Shown here in pieces: positions 27,875-36,950 of a DNA stretch of 64,000 nucleotides. The stretch is from an uncultured Oscillibacter sp. (GTDB taxonomy: Bacteria > Bacillota > Clostridia > Oscillospirales > Oscillospiraceae): assembly GCA_964455915.1 (NCBI GenBank), contig CAYWAS010000001.1, forward strand, positions 43,882 through 107,881, given 5' to 3'. The notes under the pieces are model-generated. The model ran no database searches. It was not told the origin of the DNA and saw only the letters and a program-made list of their open reading frames with translations. Position 1 is the stretch's first letter. Each line of letters opens with the position of its first letter. Made by a program: the position numbers and the translations under genes.

Positions 27875-29689
27875 TCAATACTTGTCGAAGTTGCTGGCAG
27901 CGCCGGCGGTATAGCCGCTCGTATCCTCGGAGACTTCGGCAGCCGCGGGAAGCTCCGCCACCTCGGTGTAGCCCGACGCGCCGCTGCGCAGCTTGAACTT
28001 CAGCATGAGCTCCTTGATCAGTGTCGCCTGGCTGGACAGCTCCTCGCTGGCCGCGGCAGACTCCTCGCTGGTCGCGGAGTTCGTCTGCACGACAGAGGAG
28101 ATCTGGTCGATGCCCTCGGTGACCTGCGCGATGGCTTCCGCCTCTTCCTCGACGGCCTTGGCAATGCCGCTGATGGACTTCTTCAGCTCCTCCGTGGCGT
28201 CGACGGTCCTCTTGAGGGAATCCGAGACCTTCTTCACGATCTCGTTGCCGTCCTCCACCGCGTTGATCGAGCGGTTGATCAGCTCCTTGGTCGCCTTCGC
28301 AGCCTCGTCGGACTTGGCAGCAAGGTTGCGCACCTCACCGGCCACGACAGCGAAGCCCTTGCCGGCGCTGCCCGCGCGGGCAGCCTCCACGGCCGCGTTC
28401 AGCGCGAGGATATTGGTCTGGAACGCGATATTCTCGATGGTCGCGATGATCTTGCCGATCTCCTGCGAGGAGTTGGAGATATTGTCCATGGCGCTGACCA
28501 TCTCGTTCATGTTGTGGGCACTTTCGTCAAGCTGGGAGCTGGCATAGCTGGTCCGCTCCATGGCTTCCTCGCTGCCCTTGGCATTCTTCTGCGCGTTGTT
28601 GGAAATGTCGGTGATCGTGGCGGAGAGCTCCTCCACCGCGCTCGCCTGCTCGGTTGCGCCCTGCGCCAGCGCCTGCGCGCCGACAGAGACCTGCTCGGAA
28701 CCGGAGGAGACCTGCTCGGCGCTCATGGTGATCTGCGCGAGCGTATCGCTGAGCTGATAGTTGATCTCGCGGATCGCCTCACGCATGGGGATCAGGCCGC
28801 CGACATAAACGCTCTCGTCCTTAAAGCGCAGCGCAAAGTTGCCCTTTGCCATCTCGCCGAGCAGATAGGAGACTTCGCCCACCACGGTTTTCAGGCAGTC
28901 CTGACTGTCTCGCAATGCCTGTGCCATCTCGCCCAGCTCGTTCTTGCTGCTGAAGTCCACGGGGATATCGAACTTGCCCTGGCTGAAGCCGACCAGCGCA
29001 CCGTGGACCTGCGCGGTGGGAACCGTGATGCCCCTGATGATCGTCAGCACGAGTGCGATGACGAAGATCGTGGCGACCACCATGGCGGCGATCACGACAA
29101 AGATCGTCGTCAGAACATTCTTTTCGATCCTCGTGCGCTCAGCGTCCATGCCGGAGACAAGATATGCGTCCAGATTCTCCGCAGCCGTTGCCATTTCCGT
29201 CAGCATGGGAGTGTCCTGCTCATAAACGATCTTGTTCGCCTGCTCAAGATAGGTCGCGTCGCCGGTGCTCTGGTATCTCTCGTAGAGGGAGATGACATTC
29301 TCGGCGATGGCGCGCCACTCGGAATTGACCCTGTCATACTCCTCCAGCAGAGACTTGTCCGTCAACTGATGGGGCCAGGTCTTCGCCATGCTGTCGGTAT
29401 AAGCCTGCATCGTTTCCAGACTCTCCTTCGCCGCATCGATCAGAGCGGCGTTCGCGGCGCTGTCGGGGATCAGGAGCGCATCGCGGTAATCGCGTCCCGC
29501 CATGACCGCATTCAGTCTGGCAAAAAGGATCGATTCATTGGTCTCAACATCTTCATTCAGCAAGAGCTCGTATTCCTCTCGCTGGTTCATCATCATGAAC
29601 ATACAGGCAAGAATGATCGCTACCGCGATCACGATCGTGATCGCATACCCCAGAACGAGGCTTTTCTTGATTTTCATGTTTTTGAGCAT
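27875..29689 (-). CDS. Methyl-accepting chemotaxis protein (2 TM, helical extracellular sensor, HAMP)
   Basis: TM1 near the N-terminus, TM2 then HAMP (ITVPT...[12 protein letters not shown]); tip [20 protein letters not shown]. Confidence 0.95.
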   Translation of the reverse strand: MLKNMKIKKSLVLGYAITIVIAVAIILACMFMMMNQREEYELLLNEDVETNESILFARLNAVMAGRDYRDALLIPDSAANAALIDAAKESLETMQAYTDSMAKTWPHQLTDKSLLEEYDRVNSEWRAIAENVISLYERYQSTGDATYLEQANKIVYEQDTPMLTEMATAAENLDAYLVSGMDAERTRIEKNVLTTIFVVIAAMVVATIFVIALVLTIIRGITVPTAQVHGALVGFSQGKFDIPVDFSSKNELGEMAQALRDSQDCLKTVVGEVSYLLGEMAKGNFALRFKDESVYVGGLIPMREAIREINYQLSDTLAQITMSAEQVSSGSEQVSVGAQALAQGATEQASAVEELSATITDISNNAQKNAKGSEEAMERTSYASSQLDESAHNMNEMVSAMDNISNSSQEIGKIIATIENIAFQTNILALNAAVEAARAGSAGKGFAVVAGEVRNLAAKSDEAAKATKELINRSINAVEDGNEIVKKVSDSLKRTVDATEELKKSISGIAKAVEEEAEAIAQVTEGIDQISSVVQTNSATSEESAAASEELSSQATLIKELMLKFKLRSGASGYTEVAELPAAAEVSEDTSGYTAGAASNFDKY

Positions 29690-29758
29690 GACTGCTCCTC
29701 CTTACTTTTGAAACTATCTTCTGCGTTTTTTATATAAAATCGGATCTGTGGTGCTGCC

Positions 29759-30493
29759 TTACACAACTTCTCCGTATTTTCCCTTCGGAACATCGCCGAA
29801 TATCCTGCCGTGGCTCATCGTGATCACACGCTTGCGCAGGATACTGACATACTTGTCCGCGTGGGTCGCCATAATGACCGTCGTTCCCTTGCGGTTGATC
29901 TCGGTGAGCAGGTGGAAGATATCCCAGATATTATCATCGTCCAGATTCGCCGTGATCTCGTCGAGGACCAGGATCGCCGGACTGTTGATCAGCGCGCGTG
30001 CCAGCTCGACGCGGCGGCACTGCCCGATGGACAGCTCGACCGGAAAGCATTTCTCAACGCCGCTCATGCCCACAAGCCCAAGCACCTTTTCCACGCGCCG
30101 GTCCAGCGACTCCTTCGACTCACCAAAGCGGCGACCGATGCGCGCGGTCATTTCCAGATTATCCTTCACCGTCATCTTGCGCACAAGCGTCTGCTGCTCC
30201 TGCCACACGCGGCCAAACATCAGCCGGACGGACTTCTGGTGGAAAGGACTCAGATTTGCAAGATCTAACTGATCGACCATCACGCTTCCCTGATCCGCCT
30301 TGATCTGTCCTGTGATCAGATTCAGCAGCGTCGTCTTGCCGCAGCCGCTCTCTCCGACGATAAACACAAATTCGCCCTGCCTGATGTTGAGGTTGATGTG
30401 CTCGACACCTAACACGGTCTCCCGCTTTCGCAGCAGTCGTTTGCGGCCTGTGGGATAGCTCTTCGCTACATTTGTCAGCTTCACTTCCGGCAT
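29759..30493 (-). CDS. FtsE-like ABC ATPase (no ftsX adjacent)
   Basis: Walker A GESGCGKT, LVLDE, TTVIMATH and FtsE-like tail RKRVITMSHGRIFGD...GKY; signature LSIGQ and D-loop ITANLD are atypical. Confidence 0.8.
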   Translation of the reverse strand: MPEVKLTNVAKSYPTGRKRLLRKRETVLGVEHINLNIRQGEFVFIVGESGCGKTTLLNLITGQIKADQGSVMVDQLDLANLSPFHQKSVRLMFGRVWQEQQTLVRKMTVKDNLEMTARIGRRFGESKESLDRRVEKVLGLVGMSGVEKCFPVELSIGQCRRVELARALINSPAILVLDEITANLDDDNIWDIFHLLTEINRKGTTVIMATHADKYVSILRKRVITMSHGRIFGDVPKGKYGEVV

Positions 30494-30531
30494 GATCTTG
30501 TTACTTTCTCCTCCTTTCCCGTCTTCGATGA

Positions 30532-30560
30532 TTGTCTTTTTTCCAAAGTACTGATATAAT
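30532..30560 (+). promoter_or_regulatory. SigA-type promoter of the C39-like peptidase
   Basis: TTGTCT-N17-TATAAT with an extended -10 TG. Confidence 0.7.
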
Positions 30561-30595
30561 CAATGCAATGATTTTGATGCAACCGGTGATCGTTC

Positions 30596-31459
30596 ATGAA
30601 AAAAACCTACGAACCAAATCATAAAAAACGGCGACTGCTTGCCACTTTCCTTCTGGCACTGCTCTGCATCGGCAGCGCGGAGCTGATCGCCTGCTCCATT
30701 TTTGCTCCCGAAACCTTTGCGCGCATCACCGCGCCGGTCCGCTCCGCCGCCGATGCCGTGGTCGATACGGGGCGCTCTGTCGCTTCCGACCTCGCGCTCT
30801 GGTACGCCGATTTGACGGCACCCGACGAGGAGCCCGCGCAGGAAGTCGACGAGCCGACGCTCAAAAACACCTCACCGATCCTGGACCCCGTCATCACTGA
30901 GCTCATCAGCGATGGGGATACGGACATTCTGACCGGCGGCACCGTCAATGTCGTCTACTACGCTCAGGGAGACGACGCGTGGGCGGAGCAGCCTTACGGC
31001 AGCGACCGCATCGGTCGCTACGGCTGCGGCCCCGTGGCGCTTGCCATGGCCATCAGCAGCATGACGGACGAAACGATCGATCCGGTCCAGGCCGCGCAGG
31101 AAGCGGTCGCCGCGGGATACTGGGCGAAGGGACATGGCTCGTACCTGTCCATCGTGACCGGCCTTGCGAAAAAGCACGGGCTTCACGCCGAAGCGGTCGA
31201 GAGCAAGACCGTGGATTCGGTGCAGGACGCGCTCCTTTCCGGCAAGCTCCTTGTGGCGCTCATGGGGCCGGGGCATTTTACCAACGGCGGGCATTTTATC
31301 CTCATTCGCGGCATCACGCTTCAGGGAACGCTGCTCGTAGCCGACCCCAACAGCATCGACCGGAGCTTGCAGGAATGGGACCCGCAGTTGATTTTGGACG
31401 AGCTGTCCCACAGCACCGCGCACGGCGCGCCGCTGTGGGCGCTGAGCAGCGAACCTTAA
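30596..31459 (+). CDS. Membrane-anchored C39-like (papain-fold) peptidase
   Basis: N-terminal anchor; YYAQGD..W, GCGPVALAMAIS (Cys), GHFILIRG (His), VADPNS (Asp). Confidence 0.85.
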   Translation: MKKTYEPNHKKRRLLATFLLALLCIGSAELIACSIFAPETFARITAPVRSAADAVVDTGRSVASDLALWYADLTAPDEEPAQEVDEPTLKNTSPILDPVITELISDGDTDILTGGTVNVVYYAQGDDAWAEQPYGSDRIGRYGCGPVALAMAISSMTDETIDPVQAAQEAVAAGYWAKGHGSYLSIVTGLAKKHGLHAEAVESKTVDSVQDALLSGKLLVALMGPGHFTNGGHFILIRGITLQGTLLVADPNSIDRSLQEWDPQLILDELSHSTAHGAPLWALSSEP

Positions 31460-31478
31460 ACCCGCCGCTTTCCCGATG

Positions 31479-31512
31479 AAGCATTGGCTCGGTAAACGAG
31501 CCAATGCTTTTT
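31479..31512. terminator. Bidirectional terminator between the C39 gene and the fliD operon
   Basis: AAGCATTGGCTCG-GTAAA-CGAGCCAATGCTT. Confidence 0.8.
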
Positions 31513-31900
31513 ATTTTCGATAGACCGACTGCTCTCTTGCGATCTTCAGGTTCAGGCTCTCGTCCAGCGTCAGCACCCGCTTGAGCAGCAGATCGTTGCT
31601 GCGAAGCTGCGCGGCGAGCGGCTTTTCGATCTCCGCGCCGGCCTCCGCCCCGTTCAAAAGCTCCGTCAGACGCTCCGCGTCCTGCGGGCTCATACCGTCT
31701 CTCAATGCACTGAGCGCCTGCCTTGCCTGCTCTGCCTTGTGGATCGGCTCGCCGCGCATGGCGATCAGCATTCGCGCAGTCACCTGATCGTTTCGGTCCA
31801 GCGCTTCGGCAAGCTGCCTGGAAAGGTCTTCCACCTCCGAGAGCAGCACATAGAGACGCTTTGCCATCATCTGCGCCTTGCGCAGCATCATTTCCTCCAT
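31511..31900 (-). CDS. FliT/FlgN-like helical chaperone
   Basis: 129 aa after fliD-fliS; LAEALDRNDQVTARMLIAMR pattern resembles FliT. Confidence 0.55.
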   Translation of the reverse strand: MEEMMLRKAQMMAKRLYVLLSEVEDLSRQLAEALDRNDQVTARMLIAMRGEPIHKAEQARQALSALRDGMSPQDAERLTELLNGAEAGAEIEKPLAAQLRSNDLLLKRVLTLDESLNLKIAREQSVYRK

Positions 31901-31903
31901 CTC

Positions 31904-32287
31904 TCAGCCCAGCTTTTCCGCCTCTGCGCTCTTGTCCGCCTGAGAGAAGGCATCGCGCAGCTCCATGGAGAGCTTCTTGATATGCGTGATCACTTCGGCG
32001 TTTCTTCCGATCTTTGCGCGGTTGAGCTCGTAGGTGAAATATTCATACATCTGCGCCAGCTCTCTGCTGATCGGATACTGCCGGTCCAGTATCCCGTCAA
32101 GATACCGGACAATGTCGATCCCGCGCTGAACAGACGCTTCAAAGACCGCGTAATTTTCTTTGTTCAGGGCCAGCTCCGCCTGCGTCAGTCGTTTTACCAG
32201 TTCATCATAAAGGAGCAGCAGAAGTTCCCCCTGCGTCATGGTGCTGATGCTTTGCTCCTTGTAGTGCTGGTAACCTCTTGTATCCAT
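31904..32287 (-). CDS. fliS: Flagellin chaperone FliS
   Basis: YQHYKEQSISTMTQGELLLLLYDE...LAQMYEYF. Confidence 0.95.
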   Translation of the reverse strand: MDTRGYQHYKEQSISTMTQGELLLLLYDELVKRLTQAELALNKENYAVFEASVQRGIDIVRYLDGILDRQYPISRELAQMYEYFTYELNRAKIGRNAEVITHIKKLSMELRDAFSQADKSAEAEKLG

Positions 32288-32317
32288 GATCTGAGGATCA
32301 CCCGCTTTCTGTTTTTA

Positions 32318-35089
32318 TCAGTAGCCTCCGGTCAGGCCGGCAAGCGCAGAACTCTGCGAGTTCATCTCGTTGATGAGCTGTTCGAGCTGCGTGAACTTGC
32401 TTGTATAGTAATCTACCTTGTCAGAGAGCTTGTCCTGCCAGGATTCGATCTGCTTGTCCAGCTCGTCAAGCTGCTTCTGGATCGTATTCTGATACACCGA
32501 TGTCGGCGCGAGAGACGAGCCCGCCTTCTCCACCAGGATACCCTTGGTCGCGCCGGTCGTCGCCGCGTACATATCCAGCGGAGACTTGAGCGCCGTCATC
32601 AGACCGTTGCTCGACGCACCGGTCTCCTTGCTTTTGGTGAAAACATCGCGCACCTTGTCCGGATCAGTCTCCAACGCGGAGCGGAGCTTGCTCTCATTGA
32701 GCGACAGCGTGGTCAGACCGTCGTCGTATGTCGTGCTGATGCCGATGGACGAAAGCTCCAGTCCCACGGACTGCACCGCATTGGTCAGGCGCGTGTAGAG
32801 GTTCGAGAGATCGCGGTCGGCAAACAGCAGACCCGTCTTCGCCTTCTCCTCATACGACTTGATGGCGGATTCGCTCATGCCCTCCTCGTCTGCCGAGGTG
32901 AGCGGCTCATAGTACGCGCCGTTGGACTTCTGAAGAGGCAGCGTGGAGTAAGCGTCCTTGACCTCCTTGACCATGGCGTTGTATTCCTCGACCATGGACT
33001 TGATCGCGTCCACGATGGTGTCCGCGTCGGCCTCGCTCTTGAAAGTGACCGCCTCGGTGCCCTTGAGGAACAGGTCTCCGTTGGCGGCAGGAGTAAACTC
33101 GTTGCCGTTCGCGTCCTGATAGACCGCCTTGCCCGTTGTCGGAACTCCTCCAAAATCGAATCCCATGTCCTTCAATTCCTTCAGGAGCTCTGTATATGTA
33201 ACACCATCTTCATTGACATACTCGCCTGCATCATTCACATACTTGTAATCAAGGTTATAGCGTTTGTTATTAAAGTAAGCCTCGCCCTCTACGACTGGCG
33301 TGTTATTACCCGCCGGCTCACCTACAGCCTTATATACACCGTTCGCCACCTCGACCTTGGTGGCATAGCCGAAAGTGTCCTTGACATTGATGCTCAGTCC
33401 GTCGATATCAAAGGTATTGGAGGAGCGCTCGAGCTCCATCTCCTCACCGTTGACCGAGACCCTGACCATGGCGTCCTTCCCCTGAACATAGCCGCTGCCA
33501 TAGACCTTCTCGCCGGCGTCGTTCGTTGTATAGGTATCACCGAACAGCGCGCCTGCCAGACCGCCGCTGATGTCAACTCTTCCCGCCGTTCCACTGTCTC
33601 TGGCGGTGAATTTGAACTGATTGGTGGTCTTGGAATAGGACAGCGTCACATTGGCATCGGCGTTGCCGTTGATGCCGGTCATCACCGTTTCAAACGCGGT
33701 GTTCTTCGAGAACGCGCCTACGGTCTCGCCGTTGATCTCCAGCTTGTGCAGCCAGTTGCCGTCCTCGTCTACACGGTAATACTTACCGTCCTCGTTCTTC
33801 GCCACGCGGTTGCCGTCGGCATCTTTGTAGTAGGCGGCGGTGTTCTTGGTAGCCGCTACCTCCTTGACCGATCCCTTGGCCTCGATCATAGTGCCTGTGC
33901 CCGTCCAGTCAAAGCCTTTCAGCAGGTCTCCCAGCTTCTGGCTGGTGTTGACATAAGAGGTCTCGCTGTTGCTTTCCAGACCCAGAGCCTTGCCGTTGTC
34001 GACCTTCAGCGTGGAGCCCTTAGCCACCTCAAAGGACAGTCCGCCCTCACCGTTGACCTTGGCCGTCACCTTGCCGGTGCCGAACGCATCGTTCAGCTCC
34101 GCCTGCAACGCCTTCTGTAAGCCGGCAGTATCGGTAAAGGTATGGTCCTTCAGGCTGATCTTCTTGGTCTTACCGTCCAGCGTGAAGGAGACCTCTTCCT
34201 CCTTCAGCTTGTCGGCGTAGGTCTTTGTGTCATCATACAGCGCCTTGTCTTCCACCTTGATTTCCTTCACGCCGTCGCTGACGCTCTTGGACTCGATGCC
34301 GAGTGTGGTTTTCAGATCGCCGCTGGCACTCAGCACGAACGCGCCGTTGCCGCCGCCGCCCACATCTGTGAACTTGATGGTTTTTGCGGCATCGTCCCAC
34401 TCGGCCTTGATCTTCTGATCGGCGGTATAAGCATTGCCGGAGAGGGTGATATTCTGCTCCTTCAGGGCGGCGTTGATCTCATCGGCCAGCTCCTGACCGG
34501 TTTTGATCACTTCCGTGCCGCCGTCCTTGATGCCGTCGATGCTGATGGTGATTTGAGTAGCGCCGCCGTAGCCCAGCGTCAGCGTACCGGCTACCTTGCT
34601 CGCATCATATTTCTTGTCCAGCTCGAGCTTACCGCCTTCAACGCCTGGCTTGTCGCCCGTTCCACCCGTCAGCGCACCGCCGCTGACGGTGTAGCCGGAG
34701 GCGGTCGCGAGCTGCTTCACGCCCAGCAGCTTCACATCGCTGGAGGTCTTGCCGGTGGCAGACGCCTTGTCCTTGTGTGCCCCCAGCGTGCTGACCTTGA
34801 CCGCGTTGTTGAAAAAGCTCGCGGACATCAGATTGGTCGAGGAGGTGTAGGAGGCAAACTTGTTCGAAAAGCCCGCCATCTTCGTGATGATGCTGCGGTA
34901 CGCCTCCTGCTGCCATTCCAGCTTTGTCCGCTTCTGCGTCAAACTGCTGATCTTCGTCTCATAGCCGGAAACAGCGTTCTGGATCAAAGTTTCGGTGTCC
35001 AGACCGCTTGCAAGGCCGGAGATCACATTTCTGGTCCCGTAAATACTGGAGGTGGACGAGCTGTTTGTCAAACTGGAAATCGATGCCAT
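32318..35089 (-). CDS. fliD: Filament cap protein FliD (923 aa)
   Basis: ISGLASGLDTETLI, KLEWQQEAYR, VKQLATA; C-terminus YYTSKFTQLEQLINEMNSQSS. Confidence 0.96.
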   Translation of the reverse strand: MASISSLTNSSSTSSIYGTRNVISGLASGLDTETLIQNAVSGYETKISSLTQKRTKLEWQQEAYRSIITKMAGFSNKFASYTSSTNLMSASFFNNAVKVSTLGAHKDKASATGKTSSDVKLLGVKQLATASGYTVSGGALTGGTGDKPGVEGGKLELDKKYDASKVAGTLTLGYGGATQITISIDGIKDGGTEVIKTGQELADEINAALKEQNITLSGNAYTADQKIKAEWDDAAKTIKFTDVGGGGNGAFVLSASGDLKTTLGIESKSVSDGVKEIKVEDKALYDDTKTYADKLKEEEVSFTLDGKTKKISLKDHTFTDTAGLQKALQAELNDAFGTGKVTAKVNGEGGLSFEVAKGSTLKVDNGKALGLESNSETSYVNTSQKLGDLLKGFDWTGTGTMIEAKGSVKEVAATKNTAAYYKDADGNRVAKNEDGKYYRVDEDGNWLHKLEINGETVGAFSKNTAFETVMTGINGNADANVTLSYSKTTNQFKFTARDSGTAGRVDISGGLAGALFGDTYTTNDAGEKVYGSGYVQGKDAMVRVSVNGEEMELERSSNTFDIDGLSINVKDTFGYATKVEVANGVYKAVGEPAGNNTPVVEGEAYFNNKRYNLDYKYVNDAGEYVNEDGVTYTELLKELKDMGFDFGGVPTTGKAVYQDANGNEFTPAANGDLFLKGTEAVTFKSEADADTIVDAIKSMVEEYNAMVKEVKDAYSTLPLQKSNGAYYEPLTSADEEGMSESAIKSYEEKAKTGLLFADRDLSNLYTRLTNAVQSVGLELSSIGISTTYDDGLTTLSLNESKLRSALETDPDKVRDVFTKSKETGASSNGLMTALKSPLDMYAATTGATKGILVEKAGSSLAPTSVYQNTIQKQLDELDKQIESWQDKLSDKVDYYTSKFTQLEQLINEMNSQSSALAGLTGGY

Positions 35090-35184
35090 ACGCGATACGC
35101 TCCTTTCAGGTTCTCAGTTGGTCGGATCCACTAACGGGAAAATTCCGCCAAAAACGGCAGATTTCGTAAATTTCTCTTTTCTTT

Positions 35185-35213
35185 TTATCGGCATCTGTTA
35201 TAATAAAAATAAG
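35185..35213 (-). promoter_or_regulatory. Putative sigma28 promoter of the fliD operon
   Basis: Consensus -10 GCCGATAA (35192-35185) with CTTATTTTT starting 21 bp upstream. Confidence 0.75.
35196..35204 (+). promoter_or_regulatory. Extended -10 SigA element for parA, overlapping the divergent fliD promoter
   Basis: TG-T-TATAAT, 48 bp before the TTG start. Confidence 0.55.
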
Positions 35214-35251
35214 CTTTTTCTCACAGTTTTTATCGATAGGAGGAAAAAACT

Positions 35252-36034
35252 TTGGCTAAGATCATTACTGTGACCAATCAGAAGGGCGGCGTCGGGAAAA
35301 CGACCATTACAGCAGCCCTTATTGCCGAGCTCCAGCGCAGGGGTGCGCGTGTTCTGGGCGTGGACATCGACCCGCAGGGCAACCTCGGCTTCTCGTTCGG
35401 GCTGAACATCGAGGACGGGCTTTCCGTTTACGATGTCCTGACCGGAAAATGCTCGACCGCCGAAGCGATCGCGCACACGGACTACGGTGACATTCTGCAC
35501 ACGGACATCATGCTCTCGGCCTTTGTCTCGGGAGACAGCGGCTTCCACACGAGCAAGGACACCATGCTCTCGTACCATCTCGATCAGGTCAAAAGCGATT
35601 ACGACTTCATTTTCATCGACACGCCGCCGTCCCTGAATATTCTGACGATCAACGCCTATGTCGCCTCGTCGGAGCTCATCATTCCGATGAACGCCGAGGT
35701 TTTGAGTCTGGTCGGCATTTCGCAGATCCAGGACACCGTTGAGGCGATCCGCAAAAGCTCCAATCCGAATCTGAAGGTCTGCGGCATCGTTATGAACAAA
35801 TACAACGCGCGCCTGATCTCTCACCGTGAGATCCTGGACATGGCGGAGCAGCTCGCCGAGCAGATGGACACGAGGGTCTTCCCTGCCAAGATCCGAAACG
35901 GCATCGATGTCGCGACCGCACCTGCCCACGGGCAGAGCGTTGTGACCTACCGCCCGAAGTCGAATCCGGCGATGGACCTTCGCAAGCTCGTCGACGCGGT
36001 CGCAGGCGACCGATTCTCCCGCACAAGAAAATAA
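35252..36034 (+). CDS. Orphan ParA/Soj-family ATPase
   Basis: Deviant Walker A NQKGGVGKTT, DIDPQGN, IDTPPSL; no parB in the window. Confidence 0.92.
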   Translation: MAKIITVTNQKGGVGKTTITAALIAELQRRGARVLGVDIDPQGNLGFSFGLNIEDGLSVYDVLTGKCSTAEAIAHTDYGDILHTDIMLSAFVSGDSGFHTSKDTMLSYHLDQVKSDYDFIFIDTPPSLNILTINAYVASSELIIPMNAEVLSLVGISQIQDTVEAIRKSSNPNLKVCGIVMNKYNARLISHREILDMAEQLAEQMDTRVFPAKIRNGIDVATAPAHGQSVVTYRPKSNPAMDLRKLVDAVAGDRFSRTRK

Positions 36035-36051
36035 CTCGATTTAAGGACAGT

Positions 36052-36077
36052 AAAGCCCCGGCCATGACCGGGGCTTT
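36052..36077. terminator. Bidirectional terminator between parA and the ComFB-domain gene
   Basis: AAAGCCCCGG-CCATGA-CCGGGGCTTT. Confidence 0.82.
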
Positions 36078-36082
36078 ATTCT

Positions 36083-36898
36083 TTACTGCTCTGCGCCTGC
36101 GTGCCGCGGCGACTCCGCGACCCGATTGCAGGCGTGCAGGATCTGCGCCGTAACAGCAGCGCTGTATCTGCGCTCGTATACCGAGATGCGGGGAATGCGT
36201 TCCCCCTCGCCCATGACAACATATTTCGGCTGCAAATTGTTCAGCGCGATCGCCCTCACATCTGCCTTGCAGCGAGAGCAGCGGCAAATGCCGAACATGG
36301 TCATATACTTCTCGGCGCTCTCCTCCACAAGTGCCTGCATGACATTGCAGATCTTCTCGCGCGGAGCGCTTTCCTCCGCAGGCTCTTCCACCTGCTTTGC
36401 GTCGCTCTCGCCGATAGGCGCAGCGGGTGCAGCAGGCACGGGAGCCGGCTCAGGTTCAGTCTCTGGCTCTGGAACGGATTCAGGCTCGGGAACAAGCTCA
36501 GGTTCAGACTCAGGATTCAGTTCAGAAACGGATTCAGGCTCGGGAACAGGAGCAGGGTCAGCTTCGAAAACAGGCTCCGCCTTGACCGGCACAGCCTCCT
36601 CCGGCTCCTCGACAGCCGGACGCTCCGGCTGCTGCGGGGCGGACAGCTCTTCGCCCGTCACCTCCCGCTCCAACGCGTCCTTGATCTCCTGCGAGACGGC
36701 GGCCTCCTCATTGAGTGAGGCAATGATCGGGTGCTGCACAGGCACAGTCCTCTGCGCCGCAGCGACTGGTCGCTCCGCTTCACCGGCGGCCTCCGTCTGC
36801 TGCTGAACGGCGTTTTCCGTAGCCGTGGTGTTCCCGTTCTTACGCAGCAGATTCATGACATGAGCGGTTTTTGTGGTGTCCTTGTTTTTTGCTGACAT
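36083..36898 (-). CDS. ComFB-domain protein with a long Pro/Glu-rich N-terminal linker
   Basis: C-terminal NVMQALVEE...CRCSRCKADVRAIALNNLQPKYVV...ACNRVAESPRH is the ComFB-family signature as recalled. Confidence 0.8.
   Translation of the reverse strand: MSAKNKDTTKTAHVMNLLRKNGNTTATENAVQQQTEAAGEAERPVAAAQRTVPVQHPIIASLNEEAAVSQEIKDALEREVTGEELSAPQQPERPAVEEPEEAVPVKAEPVFEADPAPVPEPESVSELNPESEPELVPEPESVPEPETEPEPAPVPAAPAAPIGESDAKQVEEPAEESAPREKICNVMQALVEESAEKYMTMFGICRCSRCKADVRAIALNNLQPKYVVMGEGERIPRISVYERRYSAAVTAQILHACNRVAESPRHAGAEQ
36440..36580. repeat. Low-complexity (PE)n coding repeats
   Basis: Repeated TCAGG/CTCAGG units with GGATTCAGGCTCGGGAAC twice; encodes PEPESVSELNPESEPELVPEPESVPEPETEPEP. Confidence 0.75.
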
Positions 36899-36950
36899 AG
36901 ATTGCCTCCTGTTGTCGTTCCGGCGATCCCGCGCTCCGCTCCGGCAGAGA

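Noticed and set aside
29737-29765. Possible sigma28 promoter for the MCP gene (TCCGATTT)
   Set aside because: Imperfect -10 and no TTATT or TAAA element at matching spacing.
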